Source: a virus. From it: a stretch of DNA of 64,000 nucleotides. The notes under the pieces are model-generated. The model did no database searches. It had not been told where the DNA came from and saw only the letters and a program-made list of their open reading frames with translations. Position numbers and translations under genes: made by a program. Location of the stretch: positions 1-64,000 of IMG/VR virus record IMGVR_UViG_3300014836_000691. One strand, given 5' to 3'. Shown here piece after piece: positions 57,281 to 64,000 of the stretch (positions are counted from its first letter, which is position 1; each line of letters opens with the position of its first letter).

Positions 57281-57562
57281 ATGATGGGCAACAAGACGGT
57301 AGAGCGTCTAAGAGGTATGAACAACAGCGAGTTGAACGCCGTTAGGCGTTCTCTTTCTGAGGTTGTAGCCGAACTCAAACTGGTAGAAAAGAACCTTCGG
57401 GTTTTGGTTAACCAGAACACCCTTGACTTGACACCCACCCTTCTCTCTCATCAAGATACTGGCAAACAAGAACGGCAACACGCCGCCGAGCAGACCTACG
57501 AGGGCGTTCTAAGAGTCCGAGAGCAGGTCAAGGCACTCCTTATTGACAATCCACAACAATAA
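57281..57562 (+). CDS. Hypothetical protein
   Basis: ORF in array lacking the leader. Confidence 0.5.
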   Translation: MMGNKTVERLRGMNNSELNAVRRSLSEVVAELKLVEKNLRVLVNQNTLDLTPTLLSHQDTGKQERQHAAEQTYEGVLRVREQVKALLIDNPQQ

Positions 57563-57569
57563 ATACACA

Positions 57570-57707
57570 ATGAGCAAAAAGAAAGACAACGGCGACAAGA
57601 CTCGCTATGTGATTGACGACACCTCTATCACAAACATCCAAAAAATCCTCAAGGCTATCCAAGAGGGCGTTAAGTCCCCGCCCAAGCCCGACAAGCCCAA
57701 GAAGTAA
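57570..57707 (+). CDS. Small basic protein (45 aa, not in ORF track)
   Basis: MSKKKDNGDKTRYVIDD...; TTGAC-N6-CAA at 57543. Confidence 0.5.
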   Translation: MSKKKDNGDKTRYVIDDTSITNIQKILKAIQEGVKSPPKPDKPKK

Positions 57708-57741
57708 GCGAGGAGCGTCTGGTTGACTAAGCACCAAAAAG

Positions 57742-58809
57742 ATGGCGACCAGAGGCGTTAAAACATCATTCTCTATCCCCAATGTCTTGGCTTCGGATAC
57801 CGTCCAGCCCAAGGACATTAAGGATATGTCGTGGAAAGAGTGGAGTGCCTTAAAGAAGAGTATGGAAGGTCGAGTCTGGCTCGACTATCCCAGCCCCGAT
57901 AATCCCGACCAACAGAAGGCTAGAATGGATGCCTTCAATAAAATTGAGAAAATGGACAGGGAATGGGAGAAGGCAAAGCGTGATAAGGAGAAAGCCGAGA
58001 AAGCGGCTAGAAAGGCTGAGCGTGAGGGCAAGAAGAACGCCAAGGAGCAGGAGCGTAACCGCATCGAGAACCTTGGTAAGACGCTCTCCGAAGAACTGCT
58101 ACCCAACGAGGTGGCGTTATCCCAGAACTATTACGACTATCATAAGGGTCAGCAGAGATACTTTGAAGGCACAGTCAGCGATTTAGGAAACGACAGCGTT
58201 AGCAAGGAAGTCAGAGAAAAACTCTATGTAGGGAGCAAATACGGCAATCATACCTACAAGGATAAGGACGGCAATCCTGTCCGTGAAATAATGTATGAGG
58301 TAAGACCCGGCCTCAAAGACTGGTTTGATGTTCAGCCCGATGGAGGCTTTTCGGGTAAACTGAGCAGGGAAGAATTAGCGGCAAAAGCCAAGTCCGCAGG
58401 AATGGAACTGGTTTACCACTATGGTCGTGATTACTATGCCATAATTACCAAGTTGCCGAATGGGACAATACAGAAGGAACTATTCCCGCCAGAAACTTTC
58501 ACAAAGAACCAGAAGAAGAGCGATGTTCAAATCGCCCAAGAAGCGGACAGGGACGCCGCAATCAATGTGCAGATGTTCGTGAACAAACTTATCAGCAAGA
58601 CCGAAGAACTGGCTGGTAAGGGCGAGAAGGTTGGCTCAGTCAGATGGGTCGGAGCAGATTCGGGCGACCCTTGGGACGAAAGCACTATCCAAATCGAACT
58701 GAACGATAAGCGAGTCACTTGGAAGACCAAGATGATTGATAATCGCTCCAAACTGGACAATCACTTTAACCAATGGCCGACCAGACTGGTTGGCGTATCG
58801 GAGATTTAA
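57742..58809 (+). CDS. MATR-leader protein
   Basis: MATRGVKTSFSIPNVLASD; C-terminal N.SKL...FNQWPTR. Confidence 0.75.
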   Translation: MATRGVKTSFSIPNVLASDTVQPKDIKDMSWKEWSALKKSMEGRVWLDYPSPDNPDQQKARMDAFNKIEKMDREWEKAKRDKEKAEKAARKAEREGKKNAKEQERNRIENLGKTLSEELLPNEVALSQNYYDYHKGQQRYFEGTVSDLGNDSVSKEVREKLYVGSKYGNHTYKDKDGNPVREIMYEVRPGLKDWFDVQPDGGFSGKLSREELAAKAKSAGMELVYHYGRDYYAIITKLPNGTIQKELFPPETFTKNQKKSDVQIAQEADRDAAINVQMFVNKLISKTEELAGKGEKVGSVRWVGADSGDPWDESTIQIELNDKRVTWKTKMIDNRSKLDNHFNQWPTRLVGVSEI

Positions 58810-58812
58810 TAA

Positions 58813-59679
58813 ATGGCATCGAGAAGTTCATCGTCAACCTTAGCGTCTGATGTTCGTGAAGAGCAGAACAAGAATCCTGCTATTCAGAAAATGCGGAACG
58901 CATTTAGCACCGTCTTGGGCGAAAAGGATACCGAGGGTAATCGCAACGGTAGGCTGACGGTAAAGATGAGTGCGGAGGAGAGGACTGGTAATCCTAGTTG
59001 GTATCCAGACTCTGATTTGATGGAAAAGGAGTTAGGAGGCGAAATCAAGCCCCTCACCAACCCGAACTTCAAGAATGAGGGCGAGGATTCTATGCACAAA
59101 CTCGCTATGTCTTGGCGAAAGAACGAGTTTGAAAGCATCGCATTTTTCACGAAGGACGGAAAGTTCCTAGGTAAGACGCAATCGGCGTTTGACGACCCTC
59201 ATCGGGTCGAAGTTCCCAATCGTCTTGCTTACCGTCTGAGCAAGGAGGACGGCGTTTCCATCCACAACCACCCGCAGAGCGACCTTTCGTTCTCGCACAC
59301 GGACATTCAGACTTGGCTTCAAGAGAATGTAAGTGAAATGATGGTTGTGAGTAAGAACTTTATTTATTCCATCCGACAGAAGGAAGACAACTCTGGTCGT
59401 GGGGCCCCTGTGGGCAAGCGAGACACCGGCCCTAGACCCTACCAGATTGCCAAAGAGTTTATCGACTCTCTGGGTGACGAGGCTGAAATCCGTAAGACGG
59501 TAGACTCTATTGCTAGGGCTGGCTGGATTGAAAAGGGCAAGAAGGTGTATGGGGACGAGGGTGGTGTCCCCAAGCAGATTGTGCCTTTCGCACATTGGAA
59601 CAGAATGTTGCAGAACCTTTCTGAGAAGCACGGCTTCGTCTACAAGGTCTACAGACTGCCCAAAGAACAGCCCGCCTAA
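58813..59679 (+). CDS. MASRS-leader protein with JAB/MPN domain
   Basis: MASRSSSSTLASD; upstream E, HNHP....FS..D. Confidence 0.7.
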   Translation: MASRSSSSTLASDVREEQNKNPAIQKMRNAFSTVLGEKDTEGNRNGRLTVKMSAEERTGNPSWYPDSDLMEKELGGEIKPLTNPNFKNEGEDSMHKLAMSWRKNEFESIAFFTKDGKFLGKTQSAFDDPHRVEVPNRLAYRLSKEDGVSIHNHPQSDLSFSHTDIQTWLQENVSEMMVVSKNFIYSIRQKEDNSGRGAPVGKRDTGPRPYQIAKEFIDSLGDEAEIRKTVDSIARAGWIEKGKKVYGDEGGVPKQIVPFAHWNRMLQNLSEKHGFVYKVYRLPKEQPA

Positions 59680-59740
59680 GCACCTCATTGGTGCTTCTTT
59701 GCTCTATTGACAAGAACCAAAGGGCAAACCAGCATTCTTT

Positions 59741-60469
59741 ATGGCAACCCGAAGCACAGGTCAAAGTCTTGCGAGCGACATTGGTGGTCTTAACTACACC
59801 AAGAAATACGAAGATAATCCGTATTCGTCTCCCAGAACCAATACGATTATGCGTATTGCTAGGGCTTCTGACGGTCTTACCCTTGGAAATACGGCGTATG
59901 ACGCTAGAGGAAATCGGGTAGGTTTTATTCGTGAGGATGGAACGATTGATAGTTCCGTTGCCGTCCCCCAGCAATCCCCGAAGGAGTTTGCGGCTACCGA
60001 CAAGGCTATCAAGGCTATGGCTGGCTCGTTTGTGGCTCTAGATAAGGGGATGAGGGTTGGAACACCTCTGGAATTACAGAAACTTGCGGTCAAACTGGCT
60101 AACGATTCTCAGAAGGTCTTGAGAAGCCTTGGATACGGTCTTGATACGGTTTCTTGGAACGACCCTCAGAGTGCTTCGGACTTTATCGCAAGGGTTAACA
60201 GAGACGGCTTTACCTATGCAAAGGAGGCTTTGAGAAATTACTTTTGGTCGCAAGCAACAGGTCACGCGGCTTACGGACGAGAAATCTATGATGAGCAAGA
60301 GAAGAGTGTAACATTGGCTTCTGGTGCAGGGTCGGCAAGCGACCCAGAGGGTAATGTTGAAATCTACGAAAGCACAATCAACAATCCCAAGGCTAGAGCC
60401 GAGTATGAGTCTACCGTAAGACAGCAAAAGAAGTTCAACAACTACCGAGGTATGGTCAAGGAGGACTAA
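59741..60469 (+). CDS. MATRS-leader protein
   Basis: MATRSTGQSLASD. Confidence 0.8.
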   Translation: MATRSTGQSLASDIGGLNYTKKYEDNPYSSPRTNTIMRIARASDGLTLGNTAYDARGNRVGFIREDGTIDSSVAVPQQSPKEFAATDKAIKAMAGSFVALDKGMRVGTPLELQKLAVKLANDSQKVLRSLGYGLDTVSWNDPQSASDFIARVNRDGFTYAKEALRNYFWSQATGHAAYGREIYDEQEKSVTLASGAGSASDPEGNVEIYESTINNPKARAEYESTVRQQKKFNNYRGMVKED

Positions 60470-60472
60470 CCT

Positions 60473-61117
60473 ATGGCAACCCGAAGCACACCACAGGCTT
60501 TAGCAAGTGATGCCGTTCCACGGCAACCAAAGGAAAAGAAGATTTCCGTAGCAGAAAAGCGTCTGGCTTTCAAAAAGATGTATGACTTTTCTGGCGACAA
60601 GGAAACGCAGGGGGTCGCACAAAAACTTGCGGAAGCACCTCAGTCCGAAAGAAAGTTGTTTGTTGATTTCGTCAAAACCATCAAAGCCTATCAAGGCGAC
60701 CAGCATTTCAGAAAGAAGGGGTATCTTGAACGCCGTGAGGCTATTTACAAGGCATACGATGCCCTCCCCCAGTATGCCAAAGATGTCATTGGTAGACCCG
60801 AAGAATCCATAAAAGATTTGGTTCGTGGTGCTACCACAAAGGCTGAGGCTGGATTAAACGGAAAGGTTAACGCTTCTTTTGAGTTAAAGATTACATCCAC
60901 AGGTGTATGGGGCAACGACACAGGAACTCGAAAGGAATACACCGCTAACGAAATCAAATCTTTTGACGATATTATTTCCTTCCACAAGGCTTGGGAAATA
61001 GCCAGCAATCTAAGTGATACAAGAGTGGTAAAGGGCAGTTCTCTGGACAGAACTGACGAATCTTACCAAAACGAGTTCTTGGTTACCAACATCAAGTGGA
61101 AAGACGGAGTTGTGTAA
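60473..61117 (+). CDS. MATRS-leader protein, ADP-ribosyltransferase-like
   Basis: MATRSTPQALASD; LVRG...NASF...QNEFLV. Confidence 0.6.
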   Translation: MATRSTPQALASDAVPRQPKEKKISVAEKRLAFKKMYDFSGDKETQGVAQKLAEAPQSERKLFVDFVKTIKAYQGDQHFRKKGYLERREAIYKAYDALPQYAKDVIGRPEESIKDLVRGATTKAEAGLNGKVNASFELKITSTGVWGNDTGTRKEYTANEIKSFDDIISFHKAWEIASNLSDTRVVKGSSLDRTDESYQNEFLVTNIKWKDGVV

Positions 61118-61120
61118 TTT

Positions 61121-61792
61121 ATGGCTACCCGAAGCACAAACAAGTCGCTTCAATCTGACATTCAAGAACCCATCAGACTTACAGGCAGGTTTGTTCATAG
61201 AACAGTAGGCGAAGAGCCTAACAGAAATGCCGAGCAAGCCGTCAGAACAGATAACGCAATTAGCGAGTTGGAGTCATTAGGCACTCCTAACCCAAACATT
61301 TCCGCTGAAGACTACGGCAAGCACTTTGATTTTTACACGGAAGACGGCTCTAAGGCTACCTTTGCCGTATCTCGTAATGCGTGGGATGACTCTTTCTATC
61401 TGAGAACAATTGAAAGCGTATCTGGTAAGGGGGCAGGAACTGCCTTTATGAAAAAGATGGTAGAGATTGCCGACAAATACAATGTCCCGATTAGCCTTAA
61501 TGTAGAGCCGTTTACTAGAGATAGAAATGTTGAATCCACTCAAAAAGCCAGAGAAAGGGCTAATGAGGCTATAAAAAAGAACCGTGAAGAAGCGAAGGCT
61601 AGGGGCGAACTCCCCAAGCCGATGAAAATAGATTTTTCTGGTGGAGTAAAGGTAGTCTCCACGCCTTCATTTGATAAGATTGTAGCGTTCTACGAGCGTT
61701 TTGGCTTTAAGCACACGCCAAAAAGCAAAACTAAGGTGTCTGGCGACTATGTTATGATTCGCCAGCCTAATGGGGGCGAGGAAGAGGCTTGA
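61121..61792 (+). CDS. MATRS-leader protein, GNAT acetyltransferase
   Basis: MATRSTNKSLQSD; GKGAGT..MK.+...AD; FYERFGF. Confidence 0.75.
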   Translation: MATRSTNKSLQSDIQEPIRLTGRFVHRTVGEEPNRNAEQAVRTDNAISELESLGTPNPNISAEDYGKHFDFYTEDGSKATFAVSRNAWDDSFYLRTIESVSGKGAGTAFMKKMVEIADKYNVPISLNVEPFTRDRNVESTQKARERANEAIKKNREEAKARGELPKPMKIDFSGGVKVVSTPSFDKIVAFYERFGFKHTPKSKTKVSGDYVMIRQPNGGEEEA

Positions 61793-62280
61793 TGGCGACA
61801 CGAAGCACACAGGCTAACTTGCTCCGTTCGGACATTAAGGGCTTTGATGCAGTCCCAGTAGAGCGAGGAACATCCAAGGTGAAAGACGGCTATGTAAGGG
61901 TCTATCACCAAACATCCCCAGAGAACATAGAGTCTATTCGCAAGACTGGTTTGCTTGTGGAGAAATCAAGGTCGTCCTCCGAATCCAGAGGAGTTTCCGT
62001 ATCTGACACCCCATTCTACGGAAATAACCCTAATCTTGTTACTATCGAACTTCAAATCCCAAAGGAAGTTAAGGCAAAATCCCAAGGTCTTGCCCTTCAG
62101 CAAGACATTCCAGCAAGCGACATACTGGCTATTCACGAACCTTGGCACGACAAGGTTAGATACATTGAACAGAATCCAGTTACGCTGAAAGAAGTTCTAA
62201 ACGGAGACTTTGACTATCTTCTTAATGACGAAGAATATGGCAGGGCTGTTCGTTATATTAAAGGAAAGGAACAGGCTTAA
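61792..62280 (+). CDS. MATRS-leader protein, H-x-T-type ADP-ribosyltransferase-like
   Basis: MATRSTQANLLRSD; VYHQTSPENIESIRKTGL...IP..DI. Confidence 0.6.
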   Translation: MATRSTQANLLRSDIKGFDAVPVERGTSKVKDGYVRVYHQTSPENIESIRKTGLLVEKSRSSSESRGVSVSDTPFYGNNPNLVTIELQIPKEVKAKSQGLALQQDIPASDILAIHEPWHDKVRYIEQNPVTLKEVLNGDFDYLLNDEEYGRAVRYIKGKEQA

Positions 62281-62915
62281 TGGCGACCAGAAGCACAAGC
62301 AAATCCCTCAATTCCGACCTTCCTAGTTCTGGGAGTGAAACATTGTTCAATCTGGCAAACGCAGTTTATTTACACATAAGGGGCAACTGGGGGTATAGAA
62401 CACAGGCAAACCTAGATAGGTTAATCGAAAACAAAAAGGACATAGTGAGGCTGTTCAAGCAACTTCCAGAAGACATAAAGAAGGCGTGTTCTGGCGAAGC
62501 GGATGGGAAGCCTCTTTATCGTGGCGTGAGCGTGGATACCCTTAAAGAGTTTGGGGAGTGGAATAACGGAAAGTTTGTTTATGGATTCACGGACAGCCTT
62601 AACACGGCTAGAAGGTTTGCCAACGGACACACGGAAAACGGCTCAAGAGTCCTTACATTTGACGACATAGACTCGTATGGGGGCGTTATTGACCTCAAAA
62701 AACTGTCGAATGTAATCAAAGACTACAACAAAGATAAGCCGTTAGGCGACCATATCAAGGATTTTGGTGGATTTTCCGATGCCTACGGAGAGACTGAATA
62801 CTTGGTTTACGACATTAAGTTTAAGACCAGACCAGACGGCAAGTTCTACTCAGATAAACCGTATGAGCAAGGGGCTTGGGATAACTACGAAAGGTTCAAC
62901 CCCTTGAACGCTTGA
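62280..62915 (+). CDS. MATRS-leader protein, ADP-ribosyltransferase-like
   Basis: MATRSTSKSLNSD; LYRG...YGFTDS...A..F...GETEYLV. Confidence 0.65.
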   Translation: MATRSTSKSLNSDLPSSGSETLFNLANAVYLHIRGNWGYRTQANLDRLIENKKDIVRLFKQLPEDIKKACSGEADGKPLYRGVSVDTLKEFGEWNNGKFVYGFTDSLNTARRFANGHTENGSRVLTFDDIDSYGGVIDLKKLSNVIKDYNKDKPLGDHIKDFGGFSDAYGETEYLVYDIKFKTRPDGKFYSDKPYEQGAWDNYERFNPLNA

Positions 62916-62918
62916 TTT

Positions 62919-63548
62919 ATGGCGACTAGAAGCGGGAACAGAAACGGAAGCGAGTCCCTTCGCTCTGACCTTTCTCAAGGCGGTGACTCGGATGCAAGGA
63001 TGAGAGAGCGAGTGCTTCGTTCTGCAATAGGTAGCAAGGCTGAGGCTAAGAGCATTAGCGACTTCACCAAGGAACTGGAATACTACCAGTCCAACCGCAG
63101 AAACAGGGATAAAAGCCGTGTTATTAAGGCTTTCAATGAACTCCCATCAGCCGTTCAGAAATACATTTCTGAGCCAGCCAATAAGATTAAAGAACTCTAC
63201 CGTGGCTTTGACAATAATCCCGACAGGCAGGGCGTAGCGTCCTTTACGGACAACTACCAAGCGGCTCTCAACTTCGGAAGCAAGGTCATTAGGTCAAAAG
63301 ACTTAGAAAAGTTTGACGGAATAATCAACACGCAGAAGTTTATGAAACTGCTGGATACGAGTGGCAAGGCGGGCGGTTCGCTTGCCGATTTGGTCGCCCC
63401 AGAGCATAGGTTGCGTAGGGACGAGGGTGAATATATAGTGTATGGGGGAGTATATAAAAAGAACATTGGAGACAAAGACTGGATGGAAGAAAACTCCCGC
63501 TTTATGATGGAAAACTACGGCGTTAAAACCCCAAAGGTTAAGCCGTAG
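62919..63548 (+). CDS. MATRS-leader protein, ADP-ribosyltransferase-like
   Basis: MATRSGNRNGSESLRSD; LYRG...VASFTD...A..F...DEGEYIV. Confidence 0.7.
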   Translation: MATRSGNRNGSESLRSDLSQGGDSDARMRERVLRSAIGSKAEAKSISDFTKELEYYQSNRRNRDKSRVIKAFNELPSAVQKYISEPANKIKELYRGFDNNPDRQGVASFTDNYQAALNFGSKVIRSKDLEKFDGIINTQKFMKLLDTSGKAGGSLADLVAPEHRLRRDEGEYIVYGGVYKKNIGDKDWMEENSRFMMENYGVKTPKVKP

Positions 63549-63999
63549 GCAACTTCCGCAGTAGCGGGTTGTGGACATTGAAATACCAGTCGGCTAGCAG
63601 GAGTGCGTCTGCGGTCTGACCAGTCAAGTCCTTCCGAACCCCATATGTCTGCTTGGCGTATTCCGTAAGGAGACGCTTCCACTCGCTGTGCTTCATCTCG
63701 CCACGCTTAATGCCCTTCTCGTCTCTTATGTGCCGTTGCCAGTCCTGCGGGGTAACCTCGATAGGCTTAATGTCCTTAGCCGCCAGATAGCCCAAGGTGA
63801 TGCCAAAGGCTTCAAACAAGACCGCTATGCGGGAAGACGGAATCATAGTCCCCATAAACCTTGGGGGACGCTCGATAACCACGCTACTGATTTCTTTGGT
63901 TTCCGCAAAATGCCTGTCCAAGACAGGCTTCAAGGTTTCCATCGTATCCCCTGTGAGTTTCTCTAAGACGAACTTATTGGTTTCCAAGTCCCAGACACA
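63538..63999 (-). CDS. RuvC-like Holliday junction resolvase (5' end outside window)
   Basis: VVIE; FG...G; V.PQ.WQ; ADALLLA; frame open to the window edge. Confidence 0.75.
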   Translation of the reverse strand, partial: CVWDLETNKFVLEKLTGDTMETLKPVLDRHFAETKEISSVVIERPPRFMGTMIPSSRIAVLFEAFGITLGYLAAKDIKPIEVTPQDWQRHIRDEKGIKRGEMKHSEWKRLLTEYAKQTYGVRKDLTGQTADALLLADWYFNVHNPLLRKLPTA

Positions 64000-64000
64000 G

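Noticed and set aside
49190-63548. MATRS array as a CRISPR array, integron or DGR
   Set aside because: No nucleotide-identical repeats, attC-like hairpins, integrase, reverse transcriptase or TR/VR pair; conservation is at the peptide level.
49190-63548. Leader as a Sec/Tat/lipoprotein signal
   Set aside because: No hydrophobic h-region, twin-arginine consensus or lipobox.
1-64000. Alternative genetic code (stop recoding)
   Set aside because: Genes tile densely in code 11, and no suppressor tRNA is present.

Overview
A 64-kb segment of a tailed dsDNA bacteriophage (siphovirus-like; the host is uncertain, though the lack of Shine-Dalgarno motifs and the AC-rich leaders hint at a non-SD host such as Verrucomicrobiota). 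Layout: a structured non-coding region with a tmRNA-like RNA (0.1-0.6 kb); a lambda-type head module (portal, S49 protease, charged scaffold, major capsid) and neck genes (0.6-10.3 kb); an inserted block of small early-type genes with a Mom-like DNA-modification gene (10.3-15.7 kb); tail, tape measure and fibre genes (15.7-29.3 kb); a lysis-like membrane cluster (29.4-30.8 kb); many small accessory genes, including a LexA-type DNA-binding domain, IbrA/IbrB-like genes flanking 11 tRNAs and a histone-fold protein (31-48.5 kb); and a 14-kb tandem array of otherwise diverse ~160-355 aa proteins. The standout is a family of 22 genes whose products share an N-terminal leader, MATR(S/G)-x3-10-L-x-S-D, fused to varied cargo: at least six ADP-ribosyltransferase-like domains, a GNAT and a JAB/MPN domain. 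Two members sit inside the head operon, and the arrays share a TTGAC-N6/7-CAA motif with the virion genes. I infer a leader-directed, capsid-packaged effector arsenal. Other highlights are a probable sRNA antisense to early-gene start regions and strong avoidance of 4-bp palindromes. All functional calls come from motif reading and synteny; no database searches were run.
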